DNA from: a virus
Lineage: Duplodnaviria; Caudoviricetes
Length of the DNA stretch: 37,601 nucleotides
Reading direction: 5' to 3' (one strand)
Virus record (IMG/VR): IMGVR_UViG_3300025018_000062
Location: 1 to 37,601 of that record
Part shown: piece by piece, positions 1 through 9,935 of the stretch
How positions within the stretch are numbered: the first letter of the stretch is position 1
How the letters are laid out: each line of letters begins with the position of its first letter
Notes under the pieces: model-generated
What the model saw: the letters and a program-made list of their open reading frames with translations, nothing else
Databases searched by the model: none
What the model was told of the DNA's origin: nothing
Position numbers and translations under genes: made by a program

Positions 1-127
1 CCTCAATACTGTACACATTTGCGTACCAGTTTGTGTTGTTCGCAGTTTGAGGTTGATAATTTAATACAAATGATTCATCTAAAAACAGAACAGAGAAGTA
101 GTTCGGCCAAACACCAGCAAGATCAGA
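1..127. repeat. Terminal direct repeat, copy 1 (assembly circularisation overlap)
   Basis: 1-127 is identical to 37475-37601; 127 is a common maximum assembler k-mer; an ORF reads through the junction. Confidence 0.95.
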
Positions 128-3097
128 GCCGAAATTAGGAAAGTTTTGATTCACGGCAAGGTTGTTTGAATACACCGTGCTCCAAGTATTTCCTTTTTTG
201 TCGATATGAAACCACATTTCAGCAACAACAGTTTGTTGATCAGAGGCTGATGAATCTTGCATGTGAGCCAATACTCGAACAGTACGAGGCTTGAATTCTG
301 TGACAATCTCCTCAAAGTTTTCTTGAGTCACAGCCGTTCCATCGATGGCATAGTTTGTTTTTCCGTAAAACTGAGATGAGCTGATATTTGAATCATGTTG
401 ATAATGCATTCGTGGGGGCTTTGTAACAAGCACCTGAGTTTCAGAGATAGCTCGACCAACGACAAGATGTGAATTTGCACAATTAGTTCGAGCAATATCA
501 CCAGTAATTCGATCAGGATCAGAAATGTAATCAACACCCTCAGTTGCAACCATGTAGATTTGTCGTGTAGCTCCAACACCGTTCCAAGAAGAACCATTGA
601 AAAGCGTTCCATTTCCTCCTCCTACATTTGAATATTGTACATTGATGTAATTCGAAGCATCTACAGACTGAGTGGCTGTAGAGAGAACAAGATAGTATTT
701 TCCTTTAGGCAAGTATTTATTCACCGTGATCAAGTGATCACCCATAGATGAGCTAATAGAAGCCGTAGCAATATAAAATTCATGAATAACCTTTCCACCA
801 GTAGGGAGTTGAGAGCCTCCACTAATTGTTGAAGCACCATCTTGAAGTTGAACAATGTATCCGTATACATCTTGACCTGCGTTTGTTTTTGATAACCGAA
901 TTGTGAATTGACCAAGCCACCCTGCCCAATATGAATCTGTTCCAATAGGAGCACCTTTCGCAACATACGATCCACTATAACCAAGAGGCTCAGTACCAGT
1001 TTGATTACTGTTTACCATGATAGTCTTTGATCCATGTGATCCTGAAATCGCTGGATGATACCACTTCCCTGCTTCAAGATTATTATATCCATTCACAACA
1101 CCCCCTTGTTGAACAATCACACCTTGAGAGACATTTACTTTTGCGTAATCCGTATCCAAATTCAAAGTATTAGAGCCGTCTGAAGTTCCTTTTGTTTTAA
1201 TCAGAACATTGAGTAATTGAGAACCATCGAGGTATTTAGCAACTTCTTCAGCTGTGAGCATCAATGTTTTATTTGTTACTGATTCATCAGTTGAATATGC
1301 TACATCAGAAGAGCAAGCAAGAACCCATTGAGAGCCATCATTATCCCAAACATAGGCATCCCATCCATCAGTCAATGTTGTTCCACCTGCTGATGCTTCG
1401 ATGAGTAATTCAATCAAGTGAATTGTAGATGTAGAAAACCCAGCGATTGAGATATCGAATTCAAGTAATTGATATGCATATTCTGTGTTTGTTCCAGTTG
1501 TAGAGCTTTGATCAGTATCATTACTTGATGCGAGAGCACTTGAATTTGCGTTTGAAAAAGCTGACTTCAGCGTTGCTGGAGTTGTATTTGCTGTAGCATG
1601 GTTTGTTGGTGAAGCACCTGCATAGTATTCATTGTCATCACCAGCATCGAAACCATCAAGATCTGTATCACCATCACCGCTTGAAGTAATGTGACCAAAG
1701 TATTTCGAAACCTCTAATTCCACCTCACCATCAAGCACAAGGATTTTCCCATTTGTGTCATCAAGATATCCGAGTTTTGGTTGAGCAGATACATCAATAT
1801 TTTCACCTGCTGGCATTGTGATAGAGTTTCCACCACTCAAAGAGGCAATCAATTGTGTTTTTTGATCAGAAGTTAATAAACGAGGATCGCTATTTTCAAC
1901 AGCAACTGGATTATCTGGATCTGTTGGTTCAGCTGATAATTTCACAGCACCACGACTTGAAGCTGTGGCTGGTTTACGAACAACCATTAAATTAGGGATG
2001 TCTGTATCAGATCCGAACTTGTCTACAGATAGATATTGAATCCGAATCGGCTCTCGTGCATCTGTGATGTGAGCTGTTTGGAAAACTGTTTGACCATTTG
2101 CAACCGTCACTTGAGCAAGAACAATTGAATTTGCTGGAATCGATGGAGCAACTGGAGAAGCATCTGGAGTACCCTCTACAACCTCCAGAGTACCGATATT
2201 TGAAGCTGTAGCGTCTGCATCCGTTGCCGTGTCTACTTTTGCAACAATTAGATCAATACGAGGATTACCAGAGATATTTGCTGGAATCGCAACACTTTCA
2301 GCGACATCACATTCAAATCTAACCAAGTAATCAGTTGAGTTTTTGTTGATCTTGATGTAACCGATACCAACATTGACTTTCACAGTATTTGTTGGAATAG
2401 CTTCTTCTTCAACTTTCAAATGACTTCCAATTTCTTTCACTTGTAAATCATCGAACCATGCTGTTCCTGTTTCATCGTCTACAGCACAGAAAATGAGTAG
2501 ATATTTCGCTCCTGTTGATGGAGTTAGATTTGCTGTCACTTGAGCAAATGCATTTGTTCCAGTCACATAGGTTGTACCTGCTTCGGCATCGATTACATTG
2601 CCATCCTCATCAATTGTGAGATATCGCAAAGAAGCACCACCACCATTACCAGAAGAGATTGAATCTGTTTTGATATACGCCGATAGCTCATATTGTTCAC
2701 CAGCCTTGATTGGAAGCATTTTATATTTGTCTGCATTTCCAAAAATAGAACCATTTGCACATGGTCGAGCTTGCACAGACTGAGATCCATCATTGACGGT
2801 ACAGTTGATTTTCAAAGAATTATTTCCAGATTGAGCAAAATCATTTGCAAAAGCGACTGAAGCTGTAGCACCGTTTAGATCTGCATACCATCCATAGTTG
2901 ATGCTACCGATCCACCCATCAGCTGAGATTGTTCCTGTTGCGAGCTCAAACCCTCCATTTTCAAGTGATGCAAGCACCTTGTCGATATCAACGACACCCT
3001 CACCGAGCTCACCAACGTGATCACGATGAAAAGGCTGGATATCAAAATCATTCCAGTTAGCGTTTGTAGAATTGAGGGCTGATACTCTTGTAGACAT
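1..3097 (-). CDS. Tail fibre / baseplate receptor-binding protein, 1035 aa, spanning the circular junction (ATG 3097, continues via 37474 to TAA 37464-37466)
   Basis: Hand translation gives an open frame MSTRVSALNS...NWYANVYSIEAWS*; baseplate-upper-like motifs GNPRIDLIV and GTPDASPVAP...ITDAR; CBM-like segment LENGGFE...AWFDDLQVKE; lies after Dit and Tal. Confidence 0.88.
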   Translation of the reverse strand, partial: MSTRVSALNSTNANWNDFDIQPFHRDHVGELGEGVVDIDKVLASLENGGFELATGTISADGWIGSINYGWYADLNGATASVAFANDFAQSGNNSLKINCTVNDGSQSVQARPCANGSIFGNADKYKMLPIKAGEQYELSAYIKTDSISSGNGGGASLRYLTIDEDGNVIDAEAGTTYVTGTNAFAQVTANLTPSTGAKYLLIFCAVDDETGTAWFDDLQVKEIGSHLKVEEEAIPTNTVKVNVGIGYIKINKNSTDYLVRFECDVAESVAIPANISGNPRIDLIVAKVDTATDADATASNIGTLEVVEGTPDASPVAPSIPANSIVLAQVTVANGQTVFQTAHITDAREPIRIQYLSVDKFGSDTDIPNLMVVRKPATASSRGAVKLSAEPTDPDNPVAVENSDPRLLTSDQKTQLIASLSGGNSITMPAGENIDVSAQPKLGYLDDTNGKILVLDGEVELEVSKYFGHITSSGDGDTDLDGFDAGDDNEYYAGASPTNHATANTTPATLKSAFSNANSSALASSNDTDQSSTTGTNTEYAYQLLEFDISIAGFSTSTIHLIELLIEASAGGTTLTDGWDAYVWDNDGSQWVLACSSDVAYSTDESVTNKTLMLTAEEVAKYLDGSQLLNVLIKTKGTSDGSNTLNLDTDYAKVNVSQGVIVQQGGVVNGYNNLEAGKWYHPAISGSHGSKTIMVNSNQTGTEPLGYSGSYVAKGAPIGTDSYWAGWLGQFTIRLSKTNAGQDVYGYIVQLQDGASTISGGSQLPTGGKVIHEFYIATASISSSMGDHLITVNKYLPKGKYYLVLSTATQSVDASNYINVQYSNVGGGNGTLFNGSSWNGVGATRQIYMVATEGVDYISDPDRITGDIARTNCANSHLVVGRAISETQVLVTKPPRMHYQHDSNISSSQFYGKTNYAIDGTAVTQENFEEIVTEFKPRTVRVLAHMQDSSASDQQTVVAEMWFHIDKKGNTWSTVYSNNLAVNQNFPNFGSDLAGVWPNYFSVLFLDESFVLNYQPQTANNTNWYANVYSIE

Positions 3098-3108
3098 ATC
3101 TATGTAAA

Positions 3109-4287
3109 TTATGTTCGATAAACTCGACGTACCAAATCTTGCTGTATTCTTCGATCCCTTTTGCTTTGAGCAGACTGTTGGAGTGTCGAAATGATTTCTA
3201 AATTTTGTTCTTCTTTATTGAGCTTTATTGAAATATCTTCATTACCTCCAGTTCCAACCTCTACAGCAATGCTCACGATTCGACGATCTTCCTCAATTTC
3301 ATTATAGCTTGTTTTGTATCTCAATGAAACAATATCACCAACAACAATATCTTCAAGATCAATTCCAATAGTCTGTTCCGTGCCGAGAATGTTTGTTCTG
3401 GTTTGCTTTTCAAGAATACGAACGTCTGGATTATCGATCTCTTCTTTCAACTGAGCCAAAAGTCCTGTAGTTAAATCATCCAACTGAGTTTGTGATTCCA
3501 CTTCATCGAATGATTCCACCTTTTCGAGCAATCCATACTTTGCAATAGCTGGTGAATCTTCTTGAATAGAAGTGAGCTCAGTACCATCAGACTTCTTCGC
3601 AATACCGATAATTCTTGTATAAATTTCCTTTCCAGTCTCTTGAATTTTACTAAATCGGATGTTGTTTTTCTCTGGTAGATATTCATCATAGACAAACTGA
3701 AGCGTCGCTGATTTATCTGTTCCGAGAGCACTATAGAAATTTAATTCATCGGTTTCTACATCGATTTGAAATTCACCCCCCTCAGCCTCAGCAATATCTT
3801 CCCATACACTCAACAAAGGCTTTCTATCAGCAATCATATCCACAGCATTGCTGTAATCTGTAGCACCTCGACCAATTCCAGTATCGTCATCGGCATTAGT
3901 ATCATCAAGAAGATCGAGGGCTTCTGTTCCTCCATTTGCTCCTGAAATGGCTTGATCTGAGCCTGTGAGACGTTTTTCAAAAATATCCAACAATCCAACA
4001 CAACCAACCTCAAAAGCATCCTCTACCTCATCAACCTGCTCAATATAGCCTGACCAAACAGGTTCAAATTGAGAAGTATTATCAGAATATCGAAAAATCT
4101 TCACACGTTTCTGCTTTTGAAACGTCGCTTTTACAGCTTTGCTTGCACTTTTAGGAAGAACAAAAAGGGCTTTACCAGCCTTGTTGATAGTGTTCTCAAA
4201 GCGTCTCAACTCAAAATCATTATTGAAAATGACTGAATCAAGCACCCCTACTTTGCTATAAATTTTTAATCGATATTCACTAGCCAT
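3109..4287 (-). CDS. Tail tip hub protein (Tal / siphovirus gp37-like)
   Basis: 392 aa, follows Dit; motifs VWSGYI, YGLLEKV, DIVVGDIV typical of hub proteins. Confidence 0.75.
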   Translation of the reverse strand: MASEYRLKIYSKVGVLDSVIFNNDFELRRFENTINKAGKALFVLPKSASKAVKATFQKQKRVKIFRYSDNTSQFEPVWSGYIEQVDEVEDAFEVGCVGLLDIFEKRLTGSDQAISGANGGTEALDLLDDTNADDDTGIGRGATDYSNAVDMIADRKPLLSVWEDIAEAEGGEFQIDVETDELNFYSALGTDKSATLQFVYDEYLPEKNNIRFSKIQETGKEIYTRIIGIAKKSDGTELTSIQEDSPAIAKYGLLEKVESFDEVESQTQLDDLTTGLLAQLKEEIDNPDVRILEKQTRTNILGTEQTIGIDLEDIVVGDIVSLRYKTSYNEIEEDRRIVSIAVEVGTGGNEDISIKLNKEEQNLEIISTLQQSAQSKRDRRIQQDLVRRVYRT

Positions 4288-4290
4288 AGT

Positions 4291-5166
4291 TTAGACGTAT
4301 GCATCTTTCCATTTAATATTGATCACCAAATCGGTTGCTGTTGGAGTGTCATCTCTACACTCAATCAAGTTATCCCCAGCATCCAAGTGAATGAATTTAG
4401 AGCTATTGTCGAGTGAACTTGAGATATCCACACCATCTTTTTCAATCGTTCCAAGCTCTGAATCGATCACAACAACCTCAGCACCAGAAATGGTCGTATT
4501 CAGTTTACAAGTCACCCCTGTTGTTTGATTGATAATTCGAGGGTTTGTAGATTCTCCTGTGAGAGTAATAATTGTAGGAGTAGAAAAATTACCACCATTG
4601 TTCAAAATCTCATCGTAGATAATATCTGGCGAAATCGTAACAGGTAGCAACGTAGGCAAGCGAAAATCCGTACCATCAATCGCCTCTGAAAGATCTTCTG
4701 AATTGAGAACAGATCCAAAGAATCGAGGGTCACGAGCTTTCAATGTGACAATAAATTCACGAACATTACTCAATCCAACCTCTTTTGAAAAAGTAATACC
4801 ATCAACAATCTTGACCGAAGCAACACGAGAAACACCTGCTTCATCTGTAATAGTGAGGTCGTAATAGGAAGCATTTACATTAGCCTGAACACCATCTAAA
4901 CGAAATATCGCTTTCAAAGCATTCTCCATTGCAACACGACCTGATTCACTATCAGAGACAATTCTACCTGTGAGAGTAATCAGTCTTTTTCCGTAATACG
5001 AAATTTGATCAATGATTCCATGCTGACCTTGTTTTTGTTGTTCTGATTCACGAACCTGTGGATGTGACAATCCCTCTGGAATGTCATAGAGCATATAAAT
5101 ATCCCCAGATCCTGTTAGGTTTCCGTTGAATGTTACTCCTCGAAATTGTACAACTTGTTCAGCCAT
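4291..5166 (-). CDS. Distal tail protein (Dit)
   Basis: 291 aa, immediately after TMP; RLITLTG, ARDPRFFG, NGGNFSTP, LDAGDN motifs. Confidence 0.85.
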   Translation of the reverse strand: MAEQVVQFRGVTFNGNLTGSGDIYMLYDIPEGLSHPQVRESEQQKQGQHGIIDQISYYGKRLITLTGRIVSDSESGRVAMENALKAIFRLDGVQANVNASYYDLTITDEAGVSRVASVKIVDGITFSKEVGLSNVREFIVTLKARDPRFFGSVLNSEDLSEAIDGTDFRLPTLLPVTISPDIIYDEILNNGGNFSTPTIITLTGESTNPRIINQTTGVTCKLNTTISGAEVVVIDSELGTIEKDGVDISSSLDNSSKFIHLDAGDNLIECRDDTPTATDLVINIKWKDAYV

Positions 5167-5169
5167 AGT

Positions 5170-7608
5170 TTAGATGTAATTACTCATGAATCTCATTTTC
5201 TTCATATTTGCCCAGAAATCACTTTGATCAGATCCATTGTTTGTGACGCTCAGGTTCACGATTTTTTTATTATCATTAGATATTTGCCCAGCTCCTCCAG
5301 TTCGAGATCTCTCCAACTGATTGAATAGACTTGGCATTGAATTCACCATCCATTTAGGAGCTACCCATTCACCTCCATGAACAACACCAGCAACCTGATC
5401 AGCTCCAGCTCCTCCAGTATATCCTCCATCACTAAATCCAACCAATCCACCAGCTTTGAAACCTGCACCACCGCCACCAGCACCAGCACGAGCTTTTGCA
5501 AGAGCGAGCTTGTTGTAATACCCAATCAATTTATCAATTGAGTTGATAGTTGCTGTTTCTCGAACCTTTGTCTGATTGATGAATTCGGTTGTGAATTCAG
5601 TATCTTGTTCTTTCAGCAAGGCATAGAAATTGTCATATTCTTCTTGCCGTTCGATCAGAGATTGTTCGAGAGCCACCTTTTGATTCTCAAGCAGAAGAAT
5701 ATCTTCTTGGAACTTCTCTTCTCGTAGTAGTTTTTCGGCTTCATATCGCTCTCTGAGAGCTTCCAGAGGGTTGAGTGATGCTTTCCGCTCAGCCTCCTCT
5801 AATTGTTCCGCTGTGACGATTCCTTGCTCTTTATTCGTATTCAAAACTTCTTCCTGTTTAGCTAATTCAGCACGAAGATCAAGAATTGATTCATTCAAGA
5901 TTTTTTGTTGTTTTAGTTTTTCCTCAGATTCTAATTCTGAATCGTTTCCAATATCACTAACTTGGCTCAGTAATTCAGCGATTTCTTTTTCAATTTCAGC
6001 TTTTTGTTGAGTAGCCTCTAAAACAATCTGAGTAGCTTCATCTGAGAAAGCCTCTTGAGCCAATTCATTTGCTTCTTTGAACCCTTGCTTCAGGTCGTTG
6101 ATCGCTTTGTTTGTTTTGATGATATCAGCCTGTAGCCGATCTTGTTCTTTTTTATTGGCATCAGCAAATTCTCGAATAGCTTCTTCTGCTTCAGCAAGAG
6201 ATTCATCAATTTCTTGCTCCATCTCTTTCATGGCATCCTCAGATTTCTTTCCTGCTTTATCGATCTCATCAGCCATTCCATCCACCCCACGTTCGATTTT
6301 ATCGAAAATAGGTTGGTTTTTGTCTGATACTGGTTGAAAGTCGACTAAATCAATAGCACGATTAGCCGATTCTCCAAGGCTAATCATAATATCATCGAAC
6401 TGAGCATCCCACCCTTTTGCCTTGTAATTCATCTCAGCGAATGATTCAGCTGTTGATGTAAATGTTTCGTAAACAGAAGTCTTCAGCGTATCAAGAGCAC
6501 CGTCAAAATCACCCCTGAATGCTTGTGAGAGGGCTTTGATCGTACTCTTGATGTTTTTCCCCATGTTGAGGAATGACCGCCCAATATCCTTTGCAACGGA
6601 AAAGGCGATTTTTGCTGAACTAACCATTGTATCACCAAAGGAAACGATCACATTGATTATCAAGTTGAACAACTTCCCTAATGTAACAACGAAATTTGAT
6701 ACACGATAAATAGTCTTTGCCCATGCGTTTTGTTGAGCCTGATTAGCTGATAATGCACTTGATAAACCAAAAATATCATCGAGTAATACCTCGACGGTTG
6801 GAATGAATGAATTACCAATTGCAATACGAGCATTTTCGGCTGTAGCAGAGATCTGCTGGAATCGTTCGGCTGTTGTGAGTTGTTGCTTTCCTGTCGCTTC
6901 TAATTCAGCACGACCAGACTTCAAAACGGCTTCGAGCAATGCTGTTTTCTTTTCTTGTTCAGTTAGGGCATTAGTAGTTTTCCCCAGCTTTTCAGCAAGC
7001 TGTTCTTGAGCCTCACCTTGTTTGATCGTAATACCCAAGTTATCCAGAATCAATGGAGATCCACGCCCAATACCTGTGACGATATCGTTGAAAGCTGTTG
7101 TGGTTGATAATCCGAATGCTTTACCTTTCAATCGAGCAATTTCCAGCAAAGAAGAGATCTCTCCAATATCTCGACCAGCACCAAGAGACAAAGCACGATT
7201 GGATGCTGTAATTAAATCATTATTTGAAACTGTACCAACAGAAACTTCTCGTAATTTAGAAAGGAGAGCGTCACCATTGATCCCTGCTTGTTGTGTTAGA
7301 CGATTATACGAATCATTCAACTGATTGAATGCCACAGCTGAATTGATGGATTCTTTTGTAAAATCAAGAGCTTTCTTTGCTCCAGCCAAACCAACAAAAC
7401 CACCCACGAGATTTTTGAGCGTATTTTGTAATTTATTCCCCTCAACAACATTCTTTTTGAACACATTAGAGAGGTTCTGGCTCATCTTTGTGCTAGATTT
7501 TTGAATGTTTTTGTCGAGCTTGTTGAGAGATCCCTCGAATTTGGAGAATGCTTTTTTCGAGTTATTATCAACTACTTCGAGAAAGTATTGTAATTTTCCT
7601 AGCTCCAT
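5170..7608 (-). CDS. Tape measure protein
   Basis: 812 aa, helical and coiled-coil; GRGSPLILDNLGI and C-terminal GGYTG...AGVVHGGEWV motifs; position. Confidence 0.92.
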   Translation of the reverse strand: MELGKLQYFLEVVDNNSKKAFSKFEGSLNKLDKNIQKSSTKMSQNLSNVFKKNVVEGNKLQNTLKNLVGGFVGLAGAKKALDFTKESINSAVAFNQLNDSYNRLTQQAGINGDALLSKLREVSVGTVSNNDLITASNRALSLGAGRDIGEISSLLEIARLKGKAFGLSTTTAFNDIVTGIGRGSPLILDNLGITIKQGEAQEQLAEKLGKTTNALTEQEKKTALLEAVLKSGRAELEATGKQQLTTAERFQQISATAENARIAIGNSFIPTVEVLLDDIFGLSSALSANQAQQNAWAKTIYRVSNFVVTLGKLFNLIINVIVSFGDTMVSSAKIAFSVAKDIGRSFLNMGKNIKSTIKALSQAFRGDFDGALDTLKTSVYETFTSTAESFAEMNYKAKGWDAQFDDIMISLGESANRAIDLVDFQPVSDKNQPIFDKIERGVDGMADEIDKAGKKSEDAMKEMEQEIDESLAEAEEAIREFADANKKEQDRLQADIIKTNKAINDLKQGFKEANELAQEAFSDEATQIVLEATQQKAEIEKEIAELLSQVSDIGNDSELESEEKLKQQKILNESILDLRAELAKQEEVLNTNKEQGIVTAEQLEEAERKASLNPLEALRERYEAEKLLREEKFQEDILLLENQKVALEQSLIERQEEYDNFYALLKEQDTEFTTEFINQTKVRETATINSIDKLIGYYNKLALAKARAGAGGGGAGFKAGGLVGFSDGGYTGGAGADQVAGVVHGGEWVAPKWMVNSMPSLFNQLERSRTGGAGQISNDNKKIVNLSVTNNGSDQSDFWANMKKMRFMSNYI

Positions 7609-7609
7609 A

Positions 7610-7912
7610 TTATTTCATTTTTTGGCGTAAAGCGTCTTTTACCTTGTTCATGTCACTTGTTCCTCGATTTCCATATTGGATTTCATCGGTTCGATCAAGC
7701 AATTTATTCTTCTTTGCTCCATCTTCGTTGTTCCATCGCATTAGGTATGCCATGTAGTCGAGATACATTGTGAACTCAATCCAAGGCATCTTTTTTATCT
7801 CTGATGGGGGGCATCCAATGAAAGATGCAAGCTGTAGAACAGCAAGTCCTACTCTGAAATATCCTGATCCTTTTTCTCCTTTGCTTCTCCATGCCCCTGC
7901 TCTAAAAAACCC
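7610..7912 (-). CDS. -1 frameshift extension of the tail assembly chaperone (gpGT-like, about 221 aa in total)
   Basis: Slippery G GGT TTT TTA at 7912-7903; -1 frame open for 97 further codons (...PPSEIKKMPWIEF...) to TAA 7610-7612, just before the TMP ATG. Confidence 0.8.
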   Translation of the reverse strand, partial: GFFRAGAWRSKGEKGSGYFRVGLAVLQLASFIGCPPSEIKKMPWIEFTMYLDYMAYLMRWNNEDGAKKNKLLDRTDEIQYGNRGTSDMNKVKDALRQKMK

Positions 7913-8274
7913 TGCTCTGTTTCAGCCGTATTCTGAGCCCATGAAACCAGAACCCCAAGAGTATCCATTGAGAGCGACATCAAAACTTTTTTATCAAAAT
8001 CTTCATTATCCTGAGAAAGAATGATGTACACGAGTTGAACGTATTCATCGATACGTTGCGTTTGTGATTTCATCTTCTTTTTCTTTTTCCCAGTTTTGTC
8101 TTTTTCGTAATAATACGTTTTAGACATAGCCTTTCTAGCCTCCTCAAGCCGTACCATTGTTTGCAAGGAAATTCTCCCTACTTTATAGGTTTTTCCACCA
8201 ACTTTCACTTCTCTTTTCACCTCCTCGTATGCATCTAAATCGAGAAAGGTCATTGCGTTTTGTTCGTTTGTCAT
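7849..8274 (-). CDS. Tail assembly chaperone (gpG-like)
   Basis: 141 aa between major tail and TMP, with a slippery site near its 3' end. Confidence 0.85.
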   Translation of the reverse strand: MTNEQNAMTFLDLDAYEEVKREVKVGGKTYKVGRISLQTMVRLEEARKAMSKTYYYEKDKTGKKKKKMKSQTQRIDEYVQLVYIILSQDNEDFDKKVLMSLSMDTLGVLVSWAQNTAETEQGFLEQGHGEAKEKKDQDISE

Positions 8275-8291
8275 AGATATAGATTTATAGG

Positions 8292-8313
8292 GGGGGTAGC
8301 CATTACTACCCCC
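8292..8313 (-). terminator. GC-rich hairpin after the major tail gene (partial terminator or mRNA stabiliser)
   Basis: GGGGGTAG-ccatta-CTACCCCC; no good U-tract on the minus strand. Confidence 0.5.
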
Positions 8314-8325
8314 AAGAAATTGCTT

Positions 8326-9102
8326 TTATACAGTAGACTGTTCGTCTGTAATTGAAGAAACTAATCCCTCAAGTTCAACCTCTACTGTCATCACATCATC
8401 CGCATCATCAGCCAAGAAAGGCATAGAAATTGGAGTGATGTTTGTTACCGACGTTAGATCGATAATGAATTGATCACCATTTTCATCCGTGTTAGTAATC
8501 CGAGCCACTTTCAAAGTCTTTGAACCAAAGTCATTGAATGTGAGCTTTTTACTAGCATTAGGAGTGTAATCGTAATCAATCGTCATGTTCTGTGATGGAG
8601 TTGTAACAGTAGCACTATCAATGATAGTTACGACTGTTCTACCCAGAGCATCTTGTCCGACAAAATAATCTGTACCCTCTACAAGAGCACCATCGGTTGC
8701 ACCAGTCACAGAATTGATGGTCAATAATGATCCATCTCCGTTTTGGTTTGCAACCACGATTGGATTGTCATATCCCCATGCACCAGAAGCGACTACTTGA
8801 GTAGCACCTGAAACAAGAGAACCTGCAACCGTAGTCTGAACAACAAGTCCTGCATCAATAATGGAAAAGGTAGTCATATCTACCTCAGCCAAAAGACAAG
8901 TGAAACTCGCTTTTTGACCGTCCTTGAACCTCTTGATTGAAGCTGTATTATCGAAATTGATTTCGATGTTTTCAACTTTTGAATTGAAAACCATGTCTCT
9001 GATAGCCCCTAAATTTGTTAGAGCAGAGAATGAATCACCAACCTCAAGAAGTGTTGATCCGAACTTGATAGCTTCAGACTTTTGAATAGTTGTCTGTGGC
9101 AT
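8326..9102 (-). CDS. Major tail (tube) protein with an inserted beta domain
   Basis: 258 aa; position after the tail terminator; FGSTLLEVG...LGAIRD start; LVEGTDY insert motif. Confidence 0.85.
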   Translation of the reverse strand: MPQTTIQKSEAIKFGSTLLEVGDSFSALTNLGAIRDMVFNSKVENIEINFDNTASIKRFKDGQKASFTCLLAEVDMTTFSIIDAGLVVQTTVAGSLVSGATQVVASGAWGYDNPIVVANQNGDGSLLTINSVTGATDGALVEGTDYFVGQDALGRTVVTIIDSATVTTPSQNMTIDYDYTPNASKKLTFNDFGSKTLKVARITNTDENGDQFIIDLTSVTNITPISMPFLADDADDVMTVEVELEGLVSSITDEQSTV

Positions 9103-9115
9103 AACAAGTGATTAT

Positions 9116-9163
9116 GTCAATTATTAGGCGTGTAAACCTCGTGGATTGCTCCACACTAATGAC
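9116..9163 (-). promoter_or_regulatory. Structured leader of the major tail gene (candidate RNA switch)
   Basis: GUGGA-GCAA-UCCAC GNRA hairpin flanked by two arms complementary to the minus-strand RNA of 13900-13915. Confidence 0.55.
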
Positions 9164-9171
9164 TAAATCCA

Positions 9172-9591
9172 TTATACATTGTCACCCAGATATTTGAATC
9201 GAAAACTGAGTGGGATGTGATAGTAATCTGTTTCTGGATCTTTGATCGAAGTCATTCCCTCTTGGTGAGCATTCATTACATCCTGCTGACTTCCGAGGTT
9301 TCCTTTGAATCGTTCCAGTACCCTGATTATATCATCTTTTAGAGCAATTGCGTTAGTGTACCGATCTGCAATTACTGTGATCTGATACAACGGTAAACGA
9401 AGATCAACATCTTGGCGATTTATTTCGCTGATCAGTTGGTACACAATAAAATATCGAGATCCCTCAGTCGCTGAAGTTAAAGCCCCATCAGGAATCTCCA
9501 GAGGATAAATATGAAAATCACTCCCATCAGCTACCTTTGTAGCGATCTGAGCATCGTCCTTTAATGCATTATAAATGGCTGAATCGATCAT
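9172..9591 (-). CDS. Tail terminator / tail completion protein (DUF3168-like)
   Basis: 139 aa; IYNALK, IYPLEIP, IVYQLIS, YQITV motifs; position. Confidence 0.8.
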   Translation of the reverse strand: MIDSAIYNALKDDAQIATKVADGSDFHIYPLEIPDGALTSATEGSRYFIVYQLISEINRQDVDLRLPLYQITVIADRYTNAIALKDDIIRVLERFKGNLGSQQDVMNAHQEGMTSIKDPETDYYHIPLSFRFKYLGDNV

Positions 9592-9929
9592 ACGTTTTTT
9601 GTTCGGCGTTTAATGAGTTCAGGAATCTTCGGAACTGTTTCATCTGCTCCCTTTCTAAACATGGCTCTTGGTTGCATTTTTGATGTACCAAATTCGACGA
9701 ATTTCGCATACTCCACGTCGCTTTGCACCGATGTTGAGTATACACGCCCATTCTTGATCTGAACCTCACCAGAGGGCTCTATAGACGATCTGAGCCGACC
9801 AGTTAGAACAGGGGTATTTTTACCAACATTTGTTGCAAATAACTCTCCAACATCCAACATCCCTTGAATGACGGCACGTTGCATTTTCGTGAAAACTTCA
9901 TCGTCGAGGAATGTTTTTTTTACTGGCAT
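9588..9929 (-). CDS. HK97 gp10-like neck protein
   Basis: TPVLTGRLRSSI and YAKFVEFGTSKMQPR motifs. Confidence 0.9.
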   Translation of the reverse strand: MPVKKTFLDDEVFTKMQRAVIQGMLDVGELFATNVGKNTPVLTGRLRSSIEPSGEVQIKNGRVYSTSVQSDVEYAKFVEFGTSKMQPRAMFRKGADETVPKIPELIKRRTKNV

Positions 9930-9935
9930 ATCGTT

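Noticed and set aside
1-200. Asn/Tyr/Trp-rich, AAC-codon-rich fibre C-terminus resembling a DGR variable region
   Set aside because: No reverse transcriptase ORF and no template-repeat copy found in the complete genome; the only second copy is the exact terminal overlap. A trans-acting DGR could only be tested with read-level variation.
328-2793. Short track ORFs at 328-612, 730-984, 2593-2793 and 2598-2783
   Set aside because: They are alternative frames or antisense within the 1035-aa tail fibre gene.
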